Below, in pieces: positions 13,401 to 27,660 of a stretch of 64,000 nt of DNA. The translations under genes were made by a program, and so were the position numbers. Source of the stretch: Bugula neritina (lineage: Eukaryota; Animalia; Bryozoa). The number at the start of each line of letters is the position of its first letter. The first letter of the stretch is position 1. The notes below the pieces were generated by a model. That model ran no database searches. It was not told the origin of the DNA and saw only the letters and a program-made list of their open reading frames with translations. The DNA lies in contig OZ037768.1 of the NCBI GenBank assembly GCA_964035545.1, positions 24,647,319 to 24,711,318 of the forward strand, given 5' to 3'.

Positions 13401-16400
13401 GTAATATATACGTACTAACATGTAATATATACGTACTAACATGTAATATATACTAACTAACATGTAATATATACGTACTAACATGTAATATATACTAACT
13501 AACATGTAATATATACGTACTAACATGTAATATATACGTACTAACATGTCATATATACGTACTAACATGTAATATATACGTACTAACATGTAATATATAC
13601 GTACTAACATGTAATATATACGTACTAACATGTAATATATACTAACTAACATGTAATATATACGTACCAACATGTAATATATACGTACTAACATGTAATA
13701 TATACGTACTAACATGTCATATATACGTACTAACATGTAATATATACGTACTAACATGTAATATATACGTACTAACATGTAATATATACGTACTAACATG
13801 TAATATATACGTACTAACATGTAATATATACGTACTAACATGTAATATATACGTACTAACATGTAATATATACTAACATGTAATATATACGTACTAACAT
13901 GTAATATATACGTACTAACATGTAATATATACGTACTAACATGTAATATATACTAACTAACATGTAATATATACTAACTAACATGTAATATATACGTACT
14001 AACATGTAATATATACTAACTAACATGTAATATATACGTACTAACATGTAATATATACGTACCAACATGTAATATATACGTACTAACATGTAATATATAC
14101 CAACTAACACATGTAATATATACTAACATGTAATATATACGTACTAACATGTAATATATACGTACTAACATGTAATATATACGTACTAACATGTAATATA
14201 TACTAACTAACATGTAATATATACGTACCAACATGTAATATATACGTACTAACATGTAATATATACCAACTAACACATGTAATATATACGTACTAGTTTG
14301 CTACTACACTTCATACTAACCTCTGCCCAAACAACAAAGAAGATCTCGTCTCGGGTTCATTCAGAGAAGACGGAGAGCAGCAAATAAAGATGGAGGTGCG
14401 GGAGTTGCCTCCCAGACTCTCCTGCAGTATCCGGGTCAGCTTGCTGTCTCTGTACGGCACATGGTTCTTCTGTCAAACAGCCAATCAGAGCTTAGTAACT
14501 AACTTACTTGTGCTACTAACTTACTTGTGCTACTAACTTACTTCTACTATTAACTTACTCCTTCTAATAACTTACATTGCCGTCAGCTAAAGCTGATATT
14601 ACATTTCCTAAGGCAGAGAGAGATTTGTTTATTTTCGTAGCTTCTTTCAGAGTCATCCCCTCAGCACCAGTTTTGTTGACCTGGAAATATGTAAACATTC
14701 TGCAAGTTGAGCATAACTTGAATAAGTATGAATTACTTTGTTGTAAACTAGAAGTGCTCTTGAATGCACTGGACGGCACGAATAGAGCAGACAAATCTTA
14801 TTAACTTTGAAATCTTTTGGAGTTGTCTTTGTTTTAAGGGAAATGTCACATCACATGGACAGCAATACACAATAGATCACGTCACATCACATGGACAGCA
14901 ATACACAATAGATCACGTCACATCACATGGACAGCAATACACAATAGATCACATCACATCACATGGACAGCAATACACAATAGATCACGTCACATGACAT
15001 GGACAGCAATACACAATAGATCACGTCACATGACATGGACAGCAATACACAATAGATCACATCACATCACATGGACAGCAATACACAATAGATCACATCA
15101 CATCACATGGACAGCAATACACAATAGATCACATCACATCACATGGACAGCAATACACAATAGATCACGTCACATGACATGGACAGCAATACACAATAGA
15201 TCACATCACATCACATGGACAGCAATACACAATAGATCACATCACATCACATGGACAGCAATACACAATAGATCACGTCACATCACATGGACAGCAATAC
15301 ACAATAGATCACGTCACATCACATGGACAGCAATACACAATAGATCACATCACATCACATGGACAGCAATACACAATAGATCACGTCACATGACATGGAC
15401 AGCAATACACAATAGATCACGTCACATGACATGGACAGCAATACACAATAGATCACATCACATCACATGGACAGCAATACACAATAGATCACATCACATC
15501 ACATGGACAGCAATACACAATAGATCACATCACATCACATGGACAGCAATACACAATAGATCACGTCACATGACATGGACAGCAATACACAATAGATCAC
15601 ATCACATCACATGGACAGCAATACACAATAGATCACATCACATCACATGGACAGCAATACACAATAGATCACGTCACATCACATGGACAGCAATACACAA
15701 TAGATCACGTCACATCACATGGACAGCAATACACAATAGATCACATCACATCACATGGACAGCAATACACAATAGATCACGTCACATCACATGGACAGCA
15801 ATACACAATAGATCACGTCACATCACATGGACAGCAATACACAATAGATCACATCACATCACATGGACAGCAATACACAATAGATCACATCACATCACAT
15901 GGACAGCAATACACAATAGATCACATCACATCACATGGACAGCAATACACAATAGATCACGTCACATCACATGGACAGCAATACACAATAGATCACGTCA
16001 CATCACATGGACAGCAATACACAATAGATCACGTCACATGACATGGACAGCAATACACAATAGATCACGTCACATGACATGGACAGCAATACACAATAGA
16101 TCACGTCACATGACATGGACAGCAATACACAATAGATCACATCACATCACATGGACAGCAATACACAATAGATCACATCACATCACATGGACAGCAATAC
16201 ACAATAGATCACATCACATCACATGGACAGCAATACACAATAGATCACGTCACATGACATGGACAGCAATACACAATAGATCTAAAGGCTGGGCAAACAA
16301 ATTCTCATCTTCACTCCAAATTAGCAAAACTGAGTCTTTAAAATCGTTTAATTTTTTGCATCATTAAAGATGGTAAGTTGGGTAGTTTTGATTAGATATG

Positions 16401-19400
16401 CTATCTTACTGTCTGTATTCCTGAATAAAGGAAACAACTCCCATTTACTATTCCATAGAATTATTTTAGTATAACCTTAGTATCACAATGATGAGCGCCT
16501 CTACTGTTACACTAGCAGTATATACTATATCCTACATTGAGACTAACAGTATATACTATATCCTACATTGAGACTAACAGTATATACTATATCCTACATT
16601 GAGACGATAGAGAGAGAGAGAAAACAAGGAGGGGACAAACCTTCTCAGAACCAGCCAAATCCACAAGATATAATTTGCCGTGAAGGGTTTTCTGCAGCTG
16701 TTCATCCGTCTGTCTGATCTGCAGCAGAAAGACGCTGTGCGACCTTGAGCTGTGGACGTTCATGTTGGTGACGGCGACGTGACGATTTGACTTGCCAACT
16801 TCTAACACTTCAAACACCTCCTCCATATCCTCAACAAGCACTTCTGTTATTCCCTAGGGAGATTATTGCATGTGTTAGACATCAGTGTGAGTTGTATATA
16901 CGTATGATGTGTGACATCACCTGGCAGCGTGTAAATGCTGACTTACTGTTTGAATTATCTGACAAATATTTGTACAGCAAGTTTATCTACTGATGAATAA
17001 AACAAGGGATAACTGCAGTAATACACTGTGAGATACTGAGAGGTGATAACTGCAGTAACACACTGTGAGATACTGAGAGGTGGTTACTGCAGTAACACAC
17101 TGCGAGATACAGAGAGGTGGATAACACTAATATGCATATTAACTAGAAAGAAGAGATAATGGATATATTATTATACATGTTTATAGCTGTGTAACTCCCA
17201 CATTGTATATTGCACATGTTAATAGCTGTGTAACACACCCACCTTGACGTAGGGGAATTTATTCTTATCTTCATGAACTGGCAGATTGACTTTAGTGGCT
17301 GAAATAATTACCAAATAGAATTATACAGAACATCAGTATACTACATACTACAATACAATACAATTACACACTACAGTGTACAATACTTACTACAGTGTAC
17401 AATACTTACTACAGTGTACAGTACATACTACAGTACACTGTGTACAATACATACTACAGTACACTGTGTACAATACATACTACAGTACACTGTGTACAAT
17501 ACATACTACAGTACACTGTGTACAGTACATACTACAGTACACTGTGTACAGTACATACTACAGTACACTGTGTACAGTACATACTACAGTACACTGTGTA
17601 CAGTACATACTACAGTACACTGTGTACAGTACTTACTACAGTACACTGTGTACAATACTTACTACAGTACACTGTGTACAATACTTACTACAGTACACTG
17701 TGTACAATACTTACTACAGTACACTGTGTACAATACTTACTACAGTACACTGTGTACAATACTTACTACAGTACACTGTGTACAATACTTACTACAGTAC
17801 ACTGTGTACAATACTTACTACAGTACACTGTGTACAATACTTACTGTCCAGCAAGTCCTTTATCTTCTCCATGTACACCTCAAAGTAAGACACCTGCAAA
17901 ATATTGAGTCTTTATAAGTAGAAGTAGTGCCTCTCTCTCTCTCTACCTACTCACACACTACTATACTCAGTATACTCTCTACTCACACACTACTATACTC
18001 AGTATACTCTCTACTCACACACTACTATACTCAGTATACTCTCTACTCACACACTACTATACTCAGTATACTCTCTACTCACACACTACTATACTCAGTA
18101 TACTCTCTACTCACACACTACTATACTCAGTCTACTCTCTACTCACACACTACTATACTCAGTATACTCTCTACTCACACACTACTATACTCAGTATACT
18201 CTCTACTCACACACAGCTATAACATACACTGTGATTCTGTCATATGGAAATATTATTATTGTCAGGTATTTCAGGGCAGAAGGGATTAAATTCAACTCCT
18301 GTTAATACTGATTGATAGCTTCCCTGAGTGAGTAATCAGGACACTACACTATACACTACACTATACACACCACACTATACACTACACTATACACACTACA
18401 CTATATACACTACACTATACACACTACACTATACACACTACACTATATACACTACACTATATACACTACACTATACACACTACACTATATACACTACACT
18501 ATACACACTACACTATATACACTACACTATACACACTACACTACACTACACTATACACACTACACTATACACTACACTATACACACTACACTATACACTA
18601 CACTATATACACTACACTATACACACTACACTATATACACTACACTATACACACTACACTATATACACTACACTATACACTACACTATACACACTACACT
18701 ACACACTACACTATACACACTACACTATACACACCACACTATACACTACACTATACACACTACACTATATACACTACACTATACACACTACACTATACAC
18801 ACTACACTATATACACTACACTATACACACTACACTATACACTACACTATACACACTACACTATACACTACACTATATACACTACACTATATACACTACA
18901 CTATACTACCTTGACACTGGCTGCAATGTGTGCAGGTAACTGCTTTATGTGGTCAAATATATCTGCCACTATCCTAGGAGTTATCCCTCTTTCTGTCACG
19001 TCATCTAGACTATCAAAATCGCCCTGGAAAATGCAGACAAAACTAAACCTAGTACCGGATGACAAAACAGCACAATAATAGAATATGTATAGAAGTCATC
19101 ATTAACTTGAAATAGTATGTATAGTATATAACATAGCATAGATTACAGCATATAACTAGCATACACTAGAGTATAGTAGTGATATACTAGTATAACTACA
19201 CTAATGAGACATATAACTAGCATACACTAGAGTATAGTAGTGATATACTAGTATAACTACACTAATGAGACATATAACTAGCATACACTAGAGTATAGTA
19301 GTGATATACTAGTATAGCTACACTAATGAGACATATAACTAGCATACACTAGAGTATAGTAGTGATATACTAGTATAGCTACACTAATGAGACATATAAC

Positions 19401-21602
19401 TAGCATACACTAGAGTATAGTAGTGATATACTAGTATAGCTACACTAATGAGACATATAACTAGCATACACTAGAGTATAGTAGTGATATACTAGTATAG
19501 CTACACTAATGAGACATATAACTAGCATACACTAGAGTATAGTAGTGATATACTAGTATAGCTACACTAATGAGACATATAACTAGCATACACTAGAGTC
19601 TAGTAGTGATATACTAGTATAGCTACACTAATGAGACATATAACTAGCATACACTAGAGTATAGTAGTGATATACTAGTATAGCTACACTAATGAGACAT
19701 ATAACTAGCATACACTAGAGTCTAGTAGTGATATACTAGTATAGCTACACTAATGAGACATACTATACACTAGAGTATAGTAGTGATATACTAGTATAGC
19801 TACACTAATGAGACAGTTTATAGGAAGGTGGGCAGCTAAAGTATCAATAAACACATGTGAGATGATCACAAGAATAGATAAGATCTGGTGTTGCTATTGT
19901 TATTAGCTAATAAATGTCAGGCAATTATAGTCTTTGGCTGTTGACTTAATAATCAATGTTTGATGGCAAGTATACAGCTTACTATGGTGTACTATAGTGT
20001 ATGAGATAGTGTGATACAGTATGATGTAGTATGATATAGTATGATATAGTATGATATAGTATGATATAATATGATAAAGTATGATACAGTATAGTATAGT
20101 ATGATACAGTATGATACAGTGTGGTATAGTATGATATAGTATGGTACAGTATGATATAGTATGATACAGTGTGGTATAGTATGATATAGTGTGATACAGT
20201 ATGATATAGTATGATACAGTGTGGTATAGTATGATATAGTGTGATATAGTATAGTAAAGTATTACCTCCATTGTGTGAGTTTTGCCACTAGATGTCTGGC
20301 CATAAGCAAACACGGTGCCATTATATCCGCTGAGCACATCTATAAAATAAGAGAGAGTGTAGGTGTGAGGGGTACAGAAACAAGGGGTGTAGATGTGAGG
20401 GGTACAGAAGTAAAGAGTGTAGGTGTGAGGGTACAGAAGTAAGGAGTGTAGGTGTGAGGGGTACAGAAGTAAGGGGTGTAGGTGTGAGGGGTACAGAAGT
20501 AAGGAGTGTAGGTGTGAGGGGGTGCAGAAGTAAGGGGCGTAGGTGTGAGAGGGTGCAGAAGTAAGGAGTGTAGGTGTGAGGGGGTGCAGAAGTAAGGAGT
20601 GTAGGTGTGAGGGGGTGCAGAAGTAAGGGGTGTAGGTGTTACCTGATAAAGACTCAAGAAAACAACTTACCATCAACAATGGCTGAGACTCCATCTAAAT
20701 ACACTTCCTGTTGGCTAGACTCAGGACCAAACACTCGGTCGAATGTGTATTGACGGCCCTGTAAGGACAACCCAATAGAACTTATACCTGCATTACATAT
20801 TATTAGACTATACTTGGGGATTACAGCAAGAAACCTGCTAACCTGTAGCACTTAGATACTAGAGTTATGTCATATAGTAGTATACTGATGAGTCATATAG
20901 TAGTATACTGATGAGTCATACATTAGTATACTGATGGGTCATACAGTAGTATACTGATGAGTCATATAGTAGTATACTGATGAGTCATACATTAGTATAC
21001 TGATGGGTCATACAGTAGTATACTGATGAGTCATATAGTAGTATACTGATGAGTCATATAGTAGTATACTGATGAGTCATATAGCAGTATACTGATGAGT
21101 CATATAGTAGTATACTGATGGGTCATACAGTGGTATACTGATGAGTCATATAGTGGTATACTGATGAGTCATATAGCAGTATACTGATGAGTCATATAGT
21201 AGTATACTGATGGGTCATACAGTGGTATACTGATGAGTCATACAGTGGTATACTGATGAGTCATATAGCAGTATACTGATGAGTCATATAGTAGTATACT
21301 GATGGGTCATACAGTGGTATACTGATGAGTCATATAGTAGTATACTGATGAGTCATACAGTAGTATAATGATGAGTCATACATTAGTATAATGATGAGTC
21401 ATACAGTAGTATACTGATGAGTCATATAGCAGTATACTGATGAGTCATATTTTACGAAGAGTCCATAGAATACACTTACTGAGAACAACAAGGATACATC
21501 ATCACTATAGAGAACAGGTACAAACTGTGAATTGCTTTCTGCATTGTTTAGTGGACGAAATCGGCAAAGGACTTTAATGGGGACACTGTCACCGCTTTGC
21601 AT
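10436..21602 (-). CDS. Kinesin-1 (KIF5/KHC)-like heavy chain, shortened (744 aa). Coding exons 21602-21480, 20758-20671, 20339-20266, 19023-18910, 17893-17845, 17298-17243, 16853-16641, 14680-14576, 14469-14321, 13211-13060, 12853-12639, 12030-11881, 11493-11368, 11056-10436
   Basis: Motifs: [10 protein letters not shown]-loop [22 protein letters not shown], switch [11 protein letters not shown], switch [55 protein letters not shown], kinesin-1 neck [27 protein letters not shown], coil-1 QQLDDKDDE and [11 protein letters not shown]. All introns are GT-AG with consistent phases. Confidence 0.93.
11077..11310. repeat. 12-nt intronic repeat GTGTGACATAGT (kinesin last intron)
   Basis: Visible periodicity. 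Confidence 0.9.
11506..11860. repeat. 17-19-nt intronic repeat TAGTATAGTTACTAGTA(TG/CA)
   Basis: Visible periodicity; contains palindrome TACTAGTA. Confidence 0.9.
12045..12253. repeat. Inverted pair of (GTGTAGATA..)n and (TATCTACAC..)n tracts
   Basis: 12045-12170 and 12182-12253 are reverse-complementary repeat tracts. Confidence 0.8.
12253..12638. repeat. 14-nt repeat TATATTACAGCA(C/T)G starting at the kinesin splice donor
   Basis: On the minus strand the unit GTAATATACGTGCT begins with the donor at 12638. Confidence 0.92.
12866..13073. repeat. 20-nt repeat containing the kinesin exon end and donor (minus: ACAG|GTATGACTCACCTCTC)
   Basis: About 10 copies; the last overlaps the exon 13211-13060 junction. 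Confidence 0.9.
13229..14294. repeat. 21-nt intronic repeat ACTAACATGTAATATATACGT
   Basis: Visible periodicity; source of the MLVRIYY ORFs. Confidence 0.95.
14845..16282. repeat. 36-nt intronic repeat ACATGGACAGCAATACACAATAGATCAC(G/A)TCACAT(C/G), about 40 copies
   Basis: Visible periodicity. Confidence 0.95.
17365..17844. repeat. 26-nt repeat beginning with the kinesin donor (minus: GTAAGTATTGTACACAGTGTACTGTA)
   Basis: Visible periodicity; unit starts at donor 17844. Confidence 0.92.
17945..18908. repeat. Two intronic repeats: 32-nt CTACTCACACACTACTATACTCAGTATACTCT (17945-18212) and low-complexity (CTACACTATACA)n (18342-18908)
   Basis: Visible periodicity. Confidence 0.9.
19147..19815. repeat. 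61-nt intronic tandem repeat (about 11 copies)
   Basis: CTAATGAGAC recurs every 61 nt. Confidence 0.93.
20355..20640. repeat. About 30-nt G-rich intronic repeat GTGTAGGTGTGAGGGGTACAGAAGTAAGGA
   Basis: Visible periodicity. Confidence 0.88.
20868..21449. repeat. 23-nt repeat TATACTGATGAGTCATATAGTAG (about 25 copies) in the first coding intron of kinesin
   Basis: Visible periodicity; most units carry ATGAGTCAT. Confidence 0.93.
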
Positions 21603-22174
21603 ACCTACAAACTTGGCCTGCAACCAAGTAAACAAATAAAACAACAGTTACATTGGTGCATTATGGCTACAAAACAGTGACCACAAAAATATTTGCTAAT
21701 GCCTTGATTTAGTATATATATATATATATATATATTATTGAAAATATAATCAGTCTCACGATGATTATATTTTTTTCAACTAGTATTTTCCTAAGGTATT
21801 GCATCTTTACAATTTGCACACTAGTATTTCAACACAGATTTCTGTCTTTTGAGTCTGCATACTGTGTAGCATTGCTTTGATTTAATCATCTGTATAGATG
21901 TGTACAATCTCTGTGGCACTTTGTGAGTAATAAGTATTTTACATTGTAAAAGAAATGATAGTATTAAACATTTTTCTACTAAGATAAAGTGATCTTTGAG
22001 TGTATCTCAGTAACAAGGGAAAACAACTAATAATTAGAGTTTGATACTATATCTTACTGACAAAAATATTACATACGCAAAATATTATATTTACATAATA
22101 GAAGCAACTATCTAACAAAAACCTGATATTTAAAGATTGAGGCTGCCCGGAGCTAGATGGATGTCGTCCATACA

Positions 22175-22725
22175 TTGGGTGCAAGCTCATTCTCGTTGCT
22201 GACAACCACACCCTAAGCCGAATATTCCCTACAGAAAGAGGGCTCCTGCTATGACTACTGTGTGCATTCAAAGATGGGCTCTAAAGCTTTCAGGACATAA
22301 CTACACTGTTGAGTGGCAGATTCCATTTCCTGAAATCCTGGCCGAGTAATTTCAAGTGACTTGAGTGAAAAACCCCATACCTTTATTTTCAAGGTAGACA
22401 ATCTCAGGTTCCTATCACCCCCTTGCAGGTTGATAAGCACACTGCTAAAGACCCAACATTATGTAAGGTACATAAATTGGTGAGGGAAGGTTGGCCTCAA
22501 AATCTGAGAGAGGTAGATTAGAATTTGAACCCTTTTTACATCGAGAGATGCCTTATTTATATTTTGAAGGCCAATTATGTAGAGAAATGGAGCACTTTTT
22601 TAAAATGCCGGTTAAAAAGTGATGCAGTCAAGCATAGGGACATATTTAAAAAGGAACCTGTAGCAACGCTATTTATGTAGTAGCCAGGCATGGAGAAAAG
22701 TATTGAAGTGACTAGCAAATTTTGT
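22175..22725 (+). mobile_element. Degenerate Gypsy/Ty3 LTR-retrotransposon pol relic (RNase H C-terminus and integrase linker)
   Basis: Frameshifted peptides LGCKLILVADNHTLSRIF, IQRWALKLSGHNYTVEW and TAKDPTLCKVHKLVREGWP resemble the Gypsy consensus GRKFTLVTDHKPL / LQRWALxLSxY / TxKDPxLxxVxxxxxxGWP. Contains stops. Confidence 0.7.
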
Positions 22726-24072
22726 TATTTATGCCTAGTTTTATTATATTTATTCATATTGACTCAACTAAACGTTTGCAGGTCAATTCAAATTGATGCA
22801 AGTCAATCCAGATCTTTAGTCATTGGTTGACATGACTCAAATTTTTTATTCAAACTGGACTTGACTTGCTAGTTGTTTAGCCACTGACTTGGCTTGAATT
22901 ACAGTGCTTTTGATCCAATCCAGACGCTAGCGAAAAGTAATTTAGCAGTTTTTAGCTTTTGTCTTTTGAAGAAAATTTATAAGTAATACTGTTAGTGTTA
23001 GTGTACACTATAATAAGACTATAATGATTATAAACATAATTATTAAACTTAATTACACATGATAATCATTTACTTTTAGCATTATCACTATGCTTATTCA
23101 TAACCCGCTACCCAAACAGGACAAAGCGGAGATAGGTGAGAAAAAACTTATGATTATTCATATCATTATAATTATTATTAATAATTACAATAGTATTATT
23201 ATTATTAATATAAACTTAAATAAGTATAACTATAACTATAAGTATTACTATTTGTATAACTATAAGTTATCAAGTGAGTATAAGATTAAGTAGTATCAGA
23301 TCAAGATTAAGATCAACTTCAAGATGAAGATCAATGACAATAGGCATAGCCGCATAGGCATAGCCATAAAATAAGAATGTGATAAAACTTGATATGAAAA
23401 TATCAATATCATTAACTGTTACTTTGAGACTGACCATCAGTATAAGTAGAACTACTACTAGTACTACTACTACTAGACACTTATTAAGACAGTGGTTCTA
23501 CTACTAGTCGTAGATGCATACCCTTAGGCTTAGGCTTAGAGTTACACTTACAGATAAGTTAAGATGGTTAACAATTACCGAAATATACGACAATTAGCAC
23601 GATCACAACTGAGTTAAAATCAAAATACCCACGTAAATAATAATTTTGACAAACAATCAAATTCAATTCAATACATTATATATGACACTGACAGAGCCTG
23701 CCAACAGCTACCTCTGTGCCAGTCGATTACACGCGACTTTGTTTTGAGCTTTGGTGAAAGCAAATAATATATTATTGATATTGGGCACATTGCTTTGAGG
23801 CACATCATAGGAGCTTTCTCCTAATAGTAGAGGAGATAACTCGCCTCTCACTAAAACCACAGTTTGAAAATAGTCGATTGTACAAAACAATTGCATATTA
23901 TTGCAAACTCGAACTAATAACTGGTGATTACAATACACAATCTAGTATTTACCTTTGTTATTTATTATATATATGTATATATGTGCGTGCGTGTGTGTGT
24001 GTGTGTGCGTGTGTGTCAATTTATGTGTTAATTATTTATTATTATTATTTATTTATGTACTATTAATTAATT

Positions 24073-24219
24073 TTATAAGCAGCTCGGAGTCGAGGGTGTT
24101 TGAGTGCAATAGTTTGCAATTCTCGAGCTTCGAGTTGGGGTTTATTGAAACTTCCGAAACTGAACTCGAGAATTACAAACTACTGCACTCAGTTACCCCC
24201 AACGTGGAGCTGCTTATAA
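24073..24219. mobile_element. Small palindromic MITE, copy 1 (termini TTATAAGCAGCTC...GAGCTGCTTATAA)
   Basis: Terminal and internal inverted repeats (GAGTGCAATAGTTTGCAATTCTCGAG / CTCGAGAATTACAAACTACTGCACTC). Confidence 0.7.
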
Positions 24220-24432
24220 AACCATTTGAGAGCAGTAGTAGAGAAATTGGTATCGCCTAAGTTCTTTCATTTTGGTTTGGGCCGCGGGTTGAAAATCTTG
24301 CGAGAACATCACTGAACTAAAAATAGTTTCTCTTGCTACATTTCTAATCTAGAACACAGGCTTTCTCCATTTCTCCACTACTGCACCTACCTCCATCTTA
24401 CGATTCTAGAAAACTTGGGTTTTCCATTTACC

Positions 24433-26651
<2,219 letters not shown>

Positions 26652-26684
26652 CATTTACCTATTCCGTATATTATTTGAAGGTCG

Positions 26685-26889
26685 CTATAAGCAGCCTGAA
26701 GTTGAGAGTGATCAAGTGCAGTAGTTTGTAGTCTGAGTTGGAGTTTAGAGTTCGGGGCCACTGAGCTGGATTATTATTGAGTTCGATGTTGGGGGCTTAA
26801 AACTCCAACTTAAACCCCCAACTCCAAGCTTGAGAACTTTAAACTACTGGCACTCATTCGCCCCAACCTCAACCTGGGGCTGCTTGTAG
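26685..26889. mobile_element. Small palindromic MITE, copy 2 (CTATAAGCAGCC...GGCTGCTTGTAG), same family as 24073-24219
   Basis: Shared termini and shared internal AGTGCAGTAGTTTG / AAACTACTGGCACTC motifs. Confidence 0.6.
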
Positions 26890-27660
26890 TTATATTCACC
26901 TAATACATAATATTTTATACTGTAACGTTACTCGGGCTGAGTAAGCATATCTGCGACTTACGCATTAAACTTATTTTTAATTATAATCATTCTGACAAAT
27001 TGAAATTATAAGTTACAATACCATTATTAATATGTCTTTAAGTATAAGTAAAAGCAAAATAAAAACCCTTTTTATAATAACTACTTATAGTTTTTAAATT
27101 TAATAAGATTAAGTATTGTTCTACTAGTATAAGTAGTAGTACTTAGTAGTAGTACTAGTAGTCTACTCTCAACTGTCTCAAGTACTAGTAGTACTGCTAC
27201 TGGCACTGTACTGGTAGTACTAGTAGTAATAGTATTGGTAACCGTAGTGGTAGTGGTAGTACTAGAGTTTAGAATATATTTATTTTAATTTTCAACTCAT
27301 AAATTGTTATGATACATCATTAAAAATTAATGCAATCCTCAACTCGAAGTTATATTTATATTAGTACTTGACTACATCTGCTTCACTTAGTACTACTTCG
27401 TGTTCTAGTTCTAGTTTAACTTTAACTTTTTATTTTTAATTTTAGGTTTAAGTTAAACTTAGTGTAATAAGTTTAACTTGCAGTTTTCATTCTGGTTGTA
27501 CTTATTGCAAGCACACCAATGGACACTCGCACTGAAATATAAATTCATTTTTCAGGGGGTAAAACCCTCTACCACTAGCAGTAGCTCTAGGCCTTAGATA
27601 ACAATAGTTCAATAGATAATGACTCACTGTGGTTTTAATCGCTTTTTAGTGGAATCAAGA

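Noticed and set aside
21430-21470. Possible hammerhead at the end of the CTGATGAG-containing 23-nt repeat (CTGATGAGTCATATTTTACGAAGAGTC)
   Set aside because: GAAG instead of GAAA, only about 2 bp of stem II, and no stem I or III pairing.
23523-23538. TTAGGC repeats here, and TTTAGGG-like units at 29258-29392, as interstitial telomeres
   Set aside because: Fewer than three copies, or part of an ordinary 21-nt intronic minisatellite.
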